DNA of 53,153 bases, filler included, from Squatina squatina (GCA_031763465.1; 3 parts of 3 records of this genome joined end to end with filler, not necessarily neighbours in it); one strand, 5' to 3'. Numbered from the whole stretch's first letter, positions 1 through 13,200 are shown. The notes: generated by a model from the letters alone, not told the origin. Made by a program: numbers and translations.

Positions 1-242
1 GAGATGACATTCCTCTGGAGGCAGTGTTATAATATAAATGGAGCATTAACATAAATCAAAAGAAAATTTATATTGATTATTCAGATTTTGGAATTTTAGT
101 GATCTATTATATATTTATATCTTTTAAGCTTTTCTGTGATTTATTGTGTGAAATTATATTGACACCATTCTATAGGAAATATTCTTCATAAAAGTGTGTT
201 GGTTTAAATAATTATTGATTCTAAAATGTTTTTCCTTTTCAG

Positions 243-265
243 ATGGACATGTCATTCTGTAACAG
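243..265 (+). CDS. C18orf21: C18orf21/RMP24 (UPF0711) 23-nt internal micro-exon (WTCHSVT)
   Basis: Acceptor tttccttttcag before 243 and donor gtcagt at 266. It splices in frame to the exon at 352, giving WTCHSVTD, which aligns with recalled human WAYTSSHD. Confidence 0.75.
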
Positions 266-351
266 GTCAGTATAAAACACTGCTGCTTCATTGCTTGGAT
301 CAATGTGCAGTCTTTAGACCAGATTTTGTTGTTAATGCTTTTTCCTTGCAG

Positions 352-551
352 ATATGAAAGTTAAACCAGAAGGAATATGTAGCCACTGCTTCCAGTGCTT
401 TCTTCCTGGGAACCACAGAGTGCGACTGAAATCCAAAAGGAAGATGACAATGCAGATAAAAAAGCTACTGCAACACGAAGCAGCCAATTGGAAACTTAAT
501 CTCAAACAAGTACGACAACTGCAGAAATACAGAAATTCTAGAAGCACATTG
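352..551 (+). CDS. C18orf21: C18orf21/RMP24 internal exon with CxxC motif
   Basis: Acceptor ttttccttgcag, donor gtaagg at 552. MKVKPEGICSHCFQCFLPGNHRVRLKSKRKMTMQIKKLLQHEAANWKLNLKQVRQLQKYRNSRSTL matches recalled human ETCPYCFQLLVLDNSRVRLKPKARLTPKIQKLLNREARNYTLSFKEAKMVKKFKDSKSVL. Confidence 0.85.
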
Positions 552-669
552 GTAAGGCTTGAGACAACCNNNNNNNNNNNNNNNNNNNNNNNNNNNNNNN
601 NNNNNNNNNNNNNNNNNNNNNNNNNNNNNNNNNNNNNNNNNNNNNNNNNNNNNNNNNNNNNNNNNNNNN

Positions 670-1920
670 AAAGAGTGTGGCTTGAGGCTGTTTGCTGGGA
701 CTGGGATATTGATTTTGTGGGATTCTTTTTTCTTCAGATAGCTTTAGTTTCATGATCTATCTTATTGAATTAGGTTCTTTGGTAAGGCAATGGTTTGTAT
801 TACAAATTTTTGCCTTAGTTTGAATTACTCTGTTTACAGTGTCTGAATCATTATCATGGTTACATACATTTGTCACATTGTAAATCTGCTCAAAGCTGAT
901 GTACTGCATAGTTCTTTGTGTCCCTCTCTGCTAATTAGGATACGGAACACTGTGAATGAATTGATGGCCCTCCCTTGCAGCAGGGGATTGGTTCAAATTC
1001 TGTGAAGATTCAACAGTGGCTACAACTAACCCCACCCAAATCAGTACTCCAGCCTGACTAGAAGCTAGTGCGTTTATCTGCTCTCGTCAGAGCCAATGTT
1101 CAGTACAATTCAGCTGTACAAGCTTGTAAATTGTAAATGTTAGGTGCCTTTTGTTATGGCCGCATTTGTGTCGGTAAGTATTCAATGTTTTTGAAACTAG
1201 TGTATTTAGATATTTACAATTACCCGCAGACAATTATGGTATTTATGTGAGCTAGCACTATAATTAACAGGATGCCAAATAGAAACATGTATTTTAAACT
1301 GAGCCCTTTAATGCTGCATGAAAGGTTCGAATAGAATCTGGTTCAAATGGATAAAAATGGAAATTTGCTATTCTGTGCTGCTAAATAAAATTGAACTGAC
1401 CTTCAGATGTAAGCATGCAGTGCACGTCTGTTCATCCAAGCACTCCGGAGAAACCTATTGGGTTGAGATAACAAGAAGTGCATCAAAGAGTTTGACAGGC
1501 TGTCGGGAGCATGCTGTGTTCAATAGGTTATTTGCCACAAATAATAAAAAGCTGCCTACAGGAATATTTATAGAATTTGTGCACAATTGTATCTGTCTCG
1601 GAGTTTTTTAAATACAACTGTTTTTTTTTTTACTAATCTCTGGATTAGCCATATAATGCCAGTCCCTAGGATCATTTAATAAATGCTGTAAATTCAGACT
1701 GAATGGTAACTTAGATAAATTGTACTTTGATTCACTACCACTTGGCAATGTGTTTAGTAATGTATCCTTGTTGTACAGTAATACGTTGCTTAATGTGACA
1801 TCTGTACATCGGAGCTGTTTAATTTGCATGCTGCATGACGCTATTACTAATTGTTTCCAAGATTCAAGATGTCTCTGATTCACTCTGCGTTTGGAAAACA
1901 GCAATATTATGTCATAAAGT
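670..1920 (+). other. AT-rich unique sequence resembling a 3' UTR, gene unknown
   Basis: No recognisable repeats or coding signal; several AATAAA hexamers and TGTA-rich tracts. Confidence 0.25.
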
Positions 1921-2439
1921 AGTCATAGAATAAAACAGTAACAAGCCATTCAGTTCACGAAATCTGCACCAGTATTTCTCCCCACGAGCCACCTCGTATA
2001 ATTCTACTACATTACCACCTTCCTATCCCCTTTAATAGTCCCCTTTTATCAAGCATTCCCTTTTAAAATGGACTCTGCTTCAAAAATGGTTTGTGACAAG
2101 AGAATTCCATATTTACACACTAAAATCTATATAAAGATTTTTCCCCTATCCTAAATAAATCAAAAATGCAACAATTCCAATTAACATTTTACTTTAAACT
2201 GCTGAATGGGTAATATCTATTGAGTTTCTGAGTCTATCACAGTTTCCTATCCAATAATATTCCTTTCATTTTTGATCACTGCACATCCTACTTCACCATT
2301 ATGAGTACCGTATTTGGTTATGCAACAAATCTCGTAGGCTGGAATTGAGGCTGCACAGGAACCTGAACAATGGAACCGAGTTATAAGCTTGAATTCATTT
2401 CATGTCATCTAATACTGTTAATTCCAAAAATGCATTCAC

Positions 2440-3187
2440 AAAAGGCCCCTGCCACAGTACCGAAACGGCTCTCATCAAGGTCACAAATGACATCCTTTGT
2501 GACTGTGACAAAGGCAAACTATCCCTCCTTGTCCTTCTTGACTTGTCTGCAACCTTTGACACGGTTGACTACTCCACCCTTCTCCACCATCGTCCAGCTG
2601 GGTGGGACTGCNNNNNNNNNNCCTGGTTCCATTCTTATCTATCTAGTTGTAGCCAGAGAATCACCTGCAATGCCTTCACTTCCCACTCCTGCATCGTTAC
2701 CTCTAGTGTCCCCCAAGGATCTATCCTTGGTCCCCTCCTATTTCTTATCTACATGTTGCCTCTTGGCGACATCATCCGAAAACACAGCGTCAGTTTCCAC
2801 ATGTACGCTGATGATACCCAGCTCTACCTCACTACCACTTCTCTTGACTACTCCACAGTTGCTAAACTGTCAGACTGCTTGTCCGACATCCAGTTCTGAA
2901 TGATGAGAAATTTTCTCCAATTAAATATTGGGAAGACCAAAGCCATTGTTTTCAATCCCTGCCACAAACTCTGTTCCATAGCCACTGACTCCATTCCTCT
3001 CCCCAACATCTGCCTGAGGCTGAACCAGACCTTTCACAACCTGGGCATCATATTTGACCCTGAAATGAACTTCTGACCACATATCCACGTCATAACTGAG
3101 ACCGCCTATTTCCACCTCCATATCATTGTCTGTCTCTGACCTTGCCTCAGCTTATCTGCAGCTGAAACCCTCATCCATGCATTTGTT
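2440..3187 (+). mobile_element. L2-clade LINE fragment, decayed reverse transcriptase
   Basis: [15 protein letters not shown]...[12 protein letters not shown]...VPQGSILGPLLFLIYMLPLG...FHMYADDTQLYL; YADD at 2804-2815; stop codons downstream. Confidence 0.9.
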
Positions 3188-3357
3188 NNNNNNNNNNNNN
3201 NNNNNNNNNNNNNNNNNNNNNNNNNNNNNNNNNNNNNNNNNNNNNNNNNNNNNNNNNNNNNNNNNNNNNNNNNNNNNNNNNNNNNNNTTTATTATGCTTC
3301 CACTTATTCACAGCGTGTTAAAGATTATGGTATCTCTTACTTGCATCTGCAATCTTT

Positions 3358-4089
3358 TGGCTGAATTTGCGGTCGGAGGCTTCCAAAGAGCAAAAAATCT
3401 ACGCACTTACCTTTTGCTTCAGGATCCATGGAGAATTGCGCCCCTGGGCCTCTATACATAGGCCTGCGTAGAGGCCCGCGTATCCCAGGGGTGTAGGCAG
3501 TTCGCACCGCCCCTGGGATCACGTGGGCCAGCCCAACCACTCAAAGAAGGGAATCCCCATTCATGCTTATGGGGATTTCGTATGTACGGAATTCCCATAA
3601 GTATGAATGAGAATAGCCTAAAAAATACCTCTTGACATCAAATAAATAGAGCATTACAGATTTCAAATTAATTAAAATGGCATTTAATTAAATATTTAAA
3701 ACAAATTTATTTTTCAAAAACTTAAATTTTTATGTTTTAGCAGGGCTAAAAATAAACTTAACTTATTGCACAGGGTTTTTAATGTATAAATGATTAATAA
3801 AATGTTATTTTAATGTTTTTTTAAAACGCTTACGCTGGTAAAAGCTGTTTTTACCAGGCGTAAGAATTTCACGTTCATTCGCTAGGCAGGAGTTAGGCAA
3901 ATAGCCCAACTCGCCACCGCGGAGGCCCTTTTCCTGGGGATGCGTGCGATCTGTCAAGAGAAATCTTGATAGATCGCAAGTTCCAGGTTTTAGTGCGTGC
4001 GCAATGCATGCCTAAACCTGAAACTTGTGCAGCCCCTATGGGCGCGTGCGTGCCTCGTAACCACCCATGGGGGCCGCAAATTATAGCCC
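3358..4089. mobile_element. Non-autonomous DNA transposon (Harbinger-like MITE) with an internal hairpin
   Basis: Imperfect inverted ends ggctgaatttgcgg ... ccgcaaattatagccc; GC-rich arms around an AT-rich core; hairpin at 3558-3609. Confidence 0.5.
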
Positions 4090-4757
4090 ATTGGTTCTCC
4101 ATATCTCTCTCTTCTTGCCCCCTTTGTTTCTTTCTCTGCTCTCTCTCACTCTAAAAATTGGAAAGCCAGAGAATGCCAATAGAGATAGCATGGTAAACCT
4201 CTCCCCCACCCCACCCCGGCAGAATTCTGCCTGCCCACACACACTACCTGGTTCCCACTGTCCAAGGGAATCAACTTTAACTTTCATTAAATGTTTTGAG
4301 CACTTTTTAAGACTATTAAGTTATAAAAAAAAATTAAGTGTTTGAGAAACGTGAGCCATCTGCCTCAGTGCCACAGCGCCACCTGGCTTGAAGACATGGA
4401 TCTTGGGAGCTCGGAGGACTGAAAGGTGTGTATAATGTTAAGTATATGGGAAATTCAAACCTCACCAACTCAACCATAACCATTGTGTCAGAACTAGTAA
4501 CCCCGTTAAGCACAGTAAGCACCTGTTAGATATATAAAAAATTATAAAAGTGAGATATCCAACCGCTTTTCTGTCGGATCACTAAGTTTTATTGGTTGGT
4601 TAGAAATGGCATTTTTTCGACTAAATGCTGGTTTCAAATTAAAGAATTTGATAGGTGTAGAGTCAGAGACATTTCAATTGCCTCAGATATAAAGATCCCT
4701 GATTTAAGTAGTGCTTTAATATTACTGCTTTTATAACTTTCACATTTATTTTTATAG

Positions 4758-4911
4758 AACATCCGTCTCTACTCCTTCCACATCATCGCCCTCATTGAAA
4801 TCAGTTAAAGGAAAGAAGCTGCACTGCTCTCGTCTAAAGATGCTTTTGAATTGTGAGCAGAAACAGCCCAGCAAGAAAGGGACTCTTCAGGATTTCCTAT
4901 CTTCAGTGTAA
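4758..4911 (+). CDS. C18orf21: C18orf21/RMP24 last coding exon
   Basis: Acceptor tttttatag. Translates TSVSTPSTSSPSLKSVKGKKLHCSRLKMLLNCEQKQPSKKGTLQDFLSSV* (TAA 4909-4911), matching recalled human KKHFSQLKMLL...DFRNFLSSL. Not in the ORF track. Confidence 0.8.
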
Positions 4912-6259
4912 ACTGCAATTTGTGATTTTATTTGTAGTGCTTAAACTTTGTTTACGCAAGTGANNNNNNNNNNTCGCGTAATCAGTTGGGTGCACGACCG
5001 TACACTGTATATCTTTAGCTTTATGCAAATTGAGTTTTGCGATGTTGTCATAAGATAGGTTTTGCTTTGCTGTTAGTTTATAAATGAATTGCCAGAAATG
5101 TTACAAGAGCAAGCATGTTGGAGCTCTGCCCTGCTACAATGCGTCTGTGGTACTGCAGATTAACCAGAAGCATGTGCACAGCCTGGTAAGAGGTTAGCCA
5201 AGCTGCCATCTGGTTTTTTTCTGAAACATACTGCTGCCTGCAGGAGAATGCAAGCGCATTATACTTCTAGATACTGAGGTTGAAGTGGCAGCAGCTGCCA
5301 GGACACAAACAAATGGTTGTAGTAAAGAACCATTGAATCAATTATCTAAAACTGAAATGAGCACAAACTCATGTAAAAAAATTGTGTGAATGGCAGGTGC
5401 TGTTATGAGCTAGTCTGTGAGGCTAATGAGGAAAGCATGTTGTAAAGAAGACTGTTAAAAGGAGATGCTTTGTACAGGTTGTATCGGAGGGACCCACGCC
5501 CACAAAACATGGGTGCACAATGTGCTCGACCTGGCCCTTTTAAGTCGGTCTGCTAAAGCCAAAAGGTAGGTTTTTTGATGCTGCTAAAAATATTTATTTT
5601 GTGTTTTTATCTTCACCTTGTTGCTTTTTGCTGGACTTTCTTCAAGTTTTGGATTTTTGTGGGGGTTTTCCCTGTCAAGATTTTTCCTCATTAATCTTGG
5701 TTACTGTGGGCATTCAAATCACACCGTACAAAAGACGAGAATGGCTATCCCTTCAGGGGTACTGACTGCACAAGTGGAATGACCTCTGATGCCTTTCATC
5801 CTTCCCCAGCACTAATCCGGCACTATACGTGGACATAATAGTGGAGTCCTCCCTTTGCCAATTCTGTTTCACAGCACAGGCTGCAAGAAGGGTGCTGCAT
5901 NNNNNNNNNNNNNNNNNNNNNNNNNNNNNNNNNNNNNNNNNNNNNNNNNNNNNNNNNNNNNNNNNNNNNNNNNNNNNNNNNNNNNNNNNNNNNNNNNNNN
6001 CGCCCCAAACTCCCCCCAATCCTGGCCGGACCTCCAGGCCCACGCTGATCCTGGCCCCAACCTCCAGGCCCTCCCCAGAGTCCTTGCTGGGCGTTCAGCT
6101 GTTTAGCGTATTCAGCACTGAGCTAAATGCCACCTTAATGCTAATCAGCAGGCAGCACCAAGTTCCAGTGCTGCCTGCAAACCTCCGAACAGGTATGGGT
6201 TGGTAGCGCATCGGTCTCCCCATGCCCATTTTTGGGCATACTCCAATTTATAGCCCCAG

Positions 6260-7110
6260 CATGTTTAGCACTTAAGTGCTGATTAGGCACAATTTTGTGC
6301 AGCAGTATATGTGGGCTCCTTGTCCGCTGAAGGTGTGGTGCGCTCTGACTGGCACGTAGCAGGGACCGAGGGAGAGGGGACACAGGTTCTCAGATGTGGC
6401 ACTGGAGGTCCAGGTGCAGGAGATCCAGTGGAGGAGGAATGTCCTGTACTCGCAGGGGTTAAGGACGCCACCTTGCCCTCTTTGCCCTCCTTCCCCTCTC
6501 GCCTGCAGCAGTTGGTACTGCTCCGCCTGCCCTCATCTCCTCCTCCCATTCCTCCTGCAGAACAAGGGGGGACCCGAGCAACATGTCCATGACCAAGCAC
6601 TCCCTTCTCCTGGTGACTCCTAAGGTGTCCAATAAGGTACAGCAGCACAGCACTCATTCCTTTTAGGTGAAGTTCTCAGAGAATTTCCAGAATAAATGTT
6701 GATAGGGTGTTGGTGAAGTCTTGACAAACTGTCCCAGAAAGTCTCCCAACGTGTTTCAAAATTCCTGTTCAAACCTTCAGCAAGTGAACAGTAAAAGGTG
6801 ATATACCTTTAACTAGCACTCGAAACTGTCTGCAATGACTAGTTTACTCCCAATCAGCTGGTCGCTGTTAGGAGATGGCATTAGTTCAAGTGCTAGCCAC
6901 CAAAATGTTAATGAGCACTAGCAGACAGTTAAGTGGCAATCAGCTGCTTAACGAATATCCGTGTAGTCGTTTCCAACACAAGCTTCAACTCCTTTACCAA
7001 GATGGTGTCTTGCTCTAAGCATGGGCTAAACTGGCATTTCAGCTTAAGACACAACCTTGGCCACTTTGGAGGTTCTTTAGTGCCTAAAGTATCCGGGTAA
7101 AATCACCCCA
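6260..7110 (-). mobile_element. Decayed PIF/Harbinger-like element, 5' portion
   Basis: Minus strand starts ggggtgattttaccc near 7110. The peptide MDMLLGSPLVLQEEWEEE...RRAKRARWRP*PLRV resembles the acidic/Arg-rich N-terminus of the transposase at 24519. Confidence 0.4.
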
Positions 7111-7124
7111 TAGAATTTAAATAG

Positions 7125-7440
7125 TGTGTTAAAGGAAGAGGGAGTGGCTGAGAGGTCTTGGGAGGGAATTCCAGAGCTTCTGGCCTAGTCGGCTGGAGGC
7201 ACGGCCACCGAAGGTTGGTTGAAGGAAGTTGGGGATGTGCAAGACGGCAGAATTGGAGGGATGCAGAGTCCTCGGAAGATTGTAAGGCTGGAGGAAGTTA
7301 TAGAAATAGGGAGGGGCAAGGCGATGGGGGGATTTGAACACAAAGATGAGAATTTTATATTCAAAGTGCTAGTGCACTGGGAGCCAATGTAGGTCGACGA
7401 GCATAGGGGTGATGGGTGAGCAGAACTTGGTGTGAGTGAG
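7125..7440 (-). mobile_element. L2 LINE 3' fragment
   Basis: FKSPHRLAPPYFYNFLQPYNLPRTL...GGRASSRLGQKLWNSLP, the typical L2 ORF2 C-terminus. Confidence 0.8.
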
Positions 7441-8659
7441 GAGGCATTGCTATCCTAACTTGGCATCCGGCAAAGCAGGAGATGCACATTAACAAATACA
7501 GTGGATCAGTCCATAGATTTTAATCGCCATCAGCATTGTTGTTTACATAGCCCAGAATCACTGTTTACAGGGGTAATCTATCTAGAGCACATGATATGGA
7601 TGTCATATTCTTATTATGGCACCAAGGCCATTTGGAAAAAGTGGAATAATTAGTTTGCCGAACCTTCTATTTTCCCCTTTCTCTGGATGAAAAACACTCT
7701 GTAAATTGTCTTTATGATTTGAGTGCAATAAAAATTATATGGTTTATATAATCAATCCATAATTCCTATTATGACTGTACAANNNNNNNNNNNNNNNNNN
7801 NNNNNNNNNNNNNNNNNNNNNNNNNNNNNNNNNNNNNNNNNNNNNNNNNNNNNNNNNNNNNNNNNNNNNNNNNNNNNNNNNNTCTCAGCCCTTCACTTCC
7901 CCAATTATTGCTGGCCCTGTCTGGCAGAGCACCTCACATCCTAGCCCATGTGATCACAGCGACAGGTTTTTTTTAGCTACTCAACTGTAATCTTCTTACC
8001 TACAACTAGTGACGAATAACAGCAAAATGTGAAAAATCTTCAGCTACTCCTACTGAATAATTTTCAAACCTACGTAAACAAAATAGTGAACCTACATAGC
8101 ATTCTTTCATTGCTTTGTCAATATTCCAGCATTCAATCTTTTTCAAGGATCTTTCAGTTCTGCCTTCCAAACTCTAACTGTGCTTCTGTGTCAACTCACT
8201 ACATGCCGTTATGTTGCCAGTTACTGATGCAAGTTGAAGAATGTAGCCATATTCAAAACGATAAACCAGTTTCAAGTTGTGAAGAAACATTTGGGTAAAT
8301 GAACTGAAACCATGGGCTGAGCACTTGCAATGTCTTTATGTGCTCCCAGTTAGCAGCATCCAATCAGACAATGTAGTTGTAACATTGTGTATTTGTGCAA
8401 TGATCTCTGACTACAATGAGTAGTTTCCTGACTGGGACTATTTCTTAATAGTCTCTGGAAGACTCATCTCCATAGATGACAGTCAGTCAAACACTGCACT
8501 GACTCCTCCATATGCTGTCAACCACACATGATCAACCACATCCGGGCAACCAGCATCTGTCACTGCAGCTCTGTTATTTCGATTTCCTTCCAATACAAAG
8601 GGATGTATCTTTGCTAGATTCAAATTGATTTCAATACCCAAAAGAAAGGGATTACTGCT

Positions 8660-8990
8660 TTGGGGAAGGTCTGAAGAGGAGAGGGCGGTAAAGCGGTTTA
8701 GGGAGGGAATTCTAGAGTGTGGGTCGTAGACGGCTGAAGCAGCACCACCAATGGTTGTGAGGGGGGGTTGCACAAGAGACCAGATTCATAGGAACTGAGA
8801 GTGCTGGGAGGTAGGGGCAGGAATTCATAAGACTGAAGGAGGTGGATGTTGCTTCAGTGCTGTGGCAGGGATTGAAACCTGATTGGCAAGATTCAATTAT
8901 GGAATTACAGGAAAGACATGCATGGATTTGGGAGGTGACCACACTTTCAAGAACATTGTAGATGAAATGAAGGTTGGAGATGGGGTGGTA
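8660..8990 (-). mobile_element. L2 LINE fragments
   Basis: YHPISNL...QSGFNPCHSTE RT-entry motif joined to an L2 3' segment. Confidence 0.75.
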
Positions 8991-9201
8991 CAAGCAACAA
9001 AATGTGATAATGCTAATGCTACACCAAACCGAGTGAAATCAAAGTTGGTGACCGTCTTAGTGAGAAATAATGAGAGGAAACGAGCCCCTTCACATAAACC
9101 ANNNNNNNNNNNNNNNNNNNNNNNNNNNNNNNNNNNNNNNNNNNNNNNNNNNNNNNNNNNNNNNNNNNNNNNNNNNNNNNNNNNNNNNNNNNNNNNNNNN
9201 N

Positions 9202-9794
9202 GCAGGACCTGAAGAGAGAGAACTATTAGCAATGACAGCTAACATGGGAGCCAGAAAAGGAAGTTAGGTGGTCAGCAGTTTGGTGGGAATAGGGTCAAGG
9301 GAACAGGAAGTGGGTCTCATGGACAGGATGAGCTCAGATAGGTCATGAGGGGAGATCGGAGAGAAACTGGAATAGGATGTGAGGTTAGGGCTAGAGCAGG
9401 GGGGATCTTTGTAGGAAGTTTGGCCCGCTGGGCTAGGGGTAGGAAGGAAAGAGGCAGAGGTGGCCGAACGGATGGTCTGAATCTTAAAGTCAAAGAAGTA
9501 CATGAGCTTCCTGACACTTATTGTCGGAGGTGAGGGTGGAGACTGGTTTAAAAAGATGGTTAGCAGTGGAGAATAGAAGCCGGGTTTTTTCTTTACATTC
9601 CAGGATGATTCTGGAATAGCGAGCAATTATTGCAGATGAGAGCAGGACCTGATAATGCTTTATGTGGCCCAGCCAGATCGGACTGTGAATGGCTAAACCA
9701 GTTGTCCGCCATATCCGTTCAAGTCTGCGTCCCTTGGAATTGAAGGAGCGATAATCAAGGCTGTACCAGGGGAATAGCCACGGTGAGAGAGAGT
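9202..9794 (-). mobile_element. L2 LINE fragment (tether upstream of RT)
   Basis: FFDFKIQTIRS...SFSPISPHDLSELILSMRPTSCSLDPIPTKLL. Confidence 0.8.
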
Positions 9795-9900
9795 NNNNNN
9801 NNNNNNNNNNNNNNNNNNNNNNNNNNNNNNNNNNNNNNNNNNNNNNNNNNNNNNNNNNNNNNNNNNNNNNNNNNNNNNNNNNNNNNNNNNNNNNTCGCCG

Positions 9901-9995
9901 TCTGCATTCACCCCTGAGCTAAATCCCACTCACCATCTGCATTCACCCGTGGGCTAAATCCCACTCACCGTCTGCATTCACCCCTGGGCTAAATC
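9901..9995. repeat. 35-bp tandem minisatellite, about 3 copies, next to a gap
   Basis: Unit tctgcattcacccctgagctaaatcccactcacca at 9901, 9936 and 9971; no spacers. Confidence 0.85.
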
Positions 9996-10029
9996 TTAAT
10001 CGCTGCCGGTATTCTGTCCCGCACAATAT

Positions 10030-10500
10030 CCCATTTGCCAATTACTTCTGTTTTTGCTGATCTACACTCGTTCCATGTACCCCATCAGATAGCATTTAAT
10101 TATCTTTGTTCTTGTCTATAAATCCATCCATGGCCTTGCTCCACCTGACCTCCACAGTATTCTCCTGCCTTAGACCCCTGCTCCCACCTCCGACAATCCT
10201 TTAATGCTGGCCTCCTGTACATTCTCTTCAGTGAAAAGCCTTGTTCTTCATCAAGGTGCTATATAAATGTAAATTGTTACTGTGCTAGGTCCCTTGCTCT
10301 TTTCCCATAGCCCTTCAAATTTTTCTTCTTTAAGTATATAACCAATTCCCTTTTAATATTTACGACTGAATCTGCTCCCACCACCCTTTCAGGCAGTGCA
10401 TTCCAGATCTCTGCATTAAAAAAATCTCTCCTCATCTTCCCTCTGGTTCTTTTGCCAATAATCTTAAGTCTGTTTCTTCAAGTTACTGACCCATCTGTCA
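10030..10500. mobile_element. Old L2 3' end (+) followed by a CR1 3' fragment (-)
   Basis: tccatccatggccttgctcca...gtgctatataaatgtaaattgtt L2 tail, then ccaccaccctttcaggcagtgcattccagatc as in CR1 antisense. Confidence 0.55.
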
Positions 10501-12959
10501 TTGTATTGTAAAAAAATGTTCCAGTCTTCTCCAATGTTTCTCCTTTGCCCCAAACAATTTTACTCATGCCTTTTGTGCCCTGCCACAGTAAAGGTTTGCT
10601 TATTATATAACACAACTGACCAGTACTGTAAAAATACCACTGAGAATATCTCACCATTTTTTTCTACGTAGCCTCATTGCATAATATGCCTCATATCGAG
10701 TCAGGTGACCCTGGTATGTTGTTTTGCAAGATCCTTCTTAATACTTTCAATAAGAAAAGGACTTCAAATGAGCATAGGTTTTACATAATGAGGTGGGATC
10801 ACATTTTCCATATAATTTTCATTCAGGTTAATGTTTAAGCAATGCGAGCAACACGTCTGTCAGTACAGTTGGTCCTTGCGCTGCTATAAATGGCTGAGTA
10901 AGAGCCTGATTATGTCCAAGCTTCTCTGTCAGCTGTTTGAACAAAACAGGGACTTCAATGCAGCTGGTTTGTAGAATGCAGTTTCATGACACTCTGCTCT
11001 TAATTTCCCCTGGCCTTGTGATTGGCTGCTCCTGCAATCCTCCTTGCAGCTCCTAGTGATTGTTGCTGACGGTGTATTCCTGACTAAGCTGTGTGTGACC
11101 TACTTAAAACACCATGAACTGTGGTTCAAAAATTACCCCTGGAACGAAGCCACAGAAGTGCATTGTAAAAGCATGCCCAGCCTGGGAGGCTTATGTAAAA
11201 TAAAATGTCTTTGACTGCATTTAATCACTAAGACTTTGCCTTTTCTTGTTCCTGGTGTCAATTGTGCAATTTATCTTTTTGCAGTGAAGTACGGNNNNNN
11301 NNNNNNNNNNNNNNNNNNNNNNNNNNNNNNNNNNNNNNNNNNNNNNNNNNNNNNNNNNNNNNNNNNNNNNNNNNNNNNNNNNNNNNNNNNNNNNATTGTG
11401 CGCTCCAGTGATGCACCTTAGGAGCACAGGCATTACAAAAGCCAAAAGTTTTGTCTTAATACAAAAAGAATGGGAATAAAAACATTCTTTAAAAGAATGG
11501 CAATGCCCCTAATTACACAATGAATAAACATCTTTTTTCAAATGTCATCTAGTTTTGCAGATGCAGTCATCAGGATTACGTTTAAGGCTCTTCAAAGCCT
11601 GTGGCCTTTAGGAGCCCTCTGTATATTTATAGTTCTAAAAAATACAACAGCAAATTATTAAACTGAAAATTATTATATAACTGGAAGACTGAACGCAAAA
11701 CAATCTCAGCAACTGTAGCCTACAGAATTGCATTAACACATTGTAGTTTCTACTAAACGATAAGCTTTAATTTCATCCATATTTAAAAATACGTGTTGGA
11801 AGAGGACCCGCTTACATTTCCTCTTGGGCAAACAACAATAATATGAGTCCAGCACATAAGTGTTGTAAAGGACAAACACACTGCAACAACCCCAGTGTGT
11901 GAAGTTTGTACTGCATTGAAACATTACATCATCCCTGACCAATCAGGAATGAATAAAAGACTGAGAGGGGTCGCTGCTGGAGATCTCCAGCTGTTTATGT
12001 TGCTCTCAGGAAAGAGGTGGCAGGGCCCTGTTAGATGGGATTCCGGCAGCTTGTTTCTGTTTAAAGGAATGTTCCAGAACTATCCCAGTAGCCCCCTTCT
12101 GTTTAAAAGAATATTCCAGCAGCTGGCTCCAGCAGCGACAGAGCACATTTAGAAACCAAGATCACATTGTGGGGGAAGGGGAAATCTCAGATGCTCACAC
12201 TGAAGGGAAGAGGAGAGGGAGGCGGAATCTCCAAGTCTTGGTAGGGAAGGGAAATCTCAAAGAGACATTGAAAGGGGGGTCATCTTTGAAGCATGGAATA
12301 GGATTGAGTTNNNNNNGAATAGGATTGAGTTGGAAATGGCACGTGTGTATTGGATGGGAGTGGAAAGAGAATGGAGTCCGAGATGCACAAGAAGACGTTT
12401 CACGCTGTAAATTTAGTCGTCTGGACTTTGTAACTTGACCATTTCACAACTCAACACAATGCATGCAAGACGGTCCCTAAGGATAACAAGTGGTGAAGAC
12501 CTGAAAAAACTTTATAAAGTCAAACTTACTTTATGCGATTGTTATGCATTATTTGTATTCATTGCATTTCTTCGAGTTCAGCACAGTAGGTTCTTGCAAC
12601 GGATGGGTTAAATCAGTTGGCAGCTTAGAATCTGCAGTATTGTAACAAACATGTTCTACTGTACTACCCGGGTTAAGTTACTTAACTGGCGTTTCAAAGT
12701 CTCCTTGGTTGTACCGTACACGTGACTTTTACAAGTTTAACTTTAATTTCAAAATCTATTACATTCCTGCGCTGGAATGTAGAATATACTATCTCTGCAC
12801 ATAACACTCTCCAATGTGTTGAACCGTGCGTTGTTGTAAGACTCATTTACATATTTTTCCTCTCTTCTAACCCTGGTTTCGCTCTCTCTCTCTCTCTAGC
12901 AATGTGCTGGCATTAATCTCTGGGTTTGTTGGCAGCCCGCCAGTACTTGTGTTGTCTTG

Positions 12960-13200
12960 CATCCTTTGCATATAGTAGAATCCTTAAGCTATTGCAGACG
13001 CAGCCAACTGCTCCATATTTGGCTGATGTTACACACACACCACACACACACGCACTTACAGAAAGTGAGAGAGCGCGCTGGAGGAGAGAAGCAGAGAGCA
13101 GGAGCGGTGTCTGCAAGACAGACATTACTACAGAGCTACAAGCTCGGTTTCCTTCAGCGAGGAGCCTCACCTCCTAAAGCATAGCTGCCTTTTTTATGCT
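12960..13200 (+). promoter_or_regulatory. Probable promoter and non-coding first exon of an unidentified gene
   Basis: (CA)n and GA-rich tract with CpGs (gagagcgcgctggaggagagaagcagagagcaggagcgg), ending at a consensus donor gtaagt at 13201; no ORF. Confidence 0.45.

Noticed and set aside
8150-8640. Possible exons in unique sequence (ORFs 8029-8298 and 8483-8773)
   Set aside because: No recognisable homology, and one ORF begins inside an L2 fragment.
9901-9995. 35-bp repeats as a CRISPR array
   Set aside because: Head-to-tail with no unique spacers, eukaryotic context and no cas genes.
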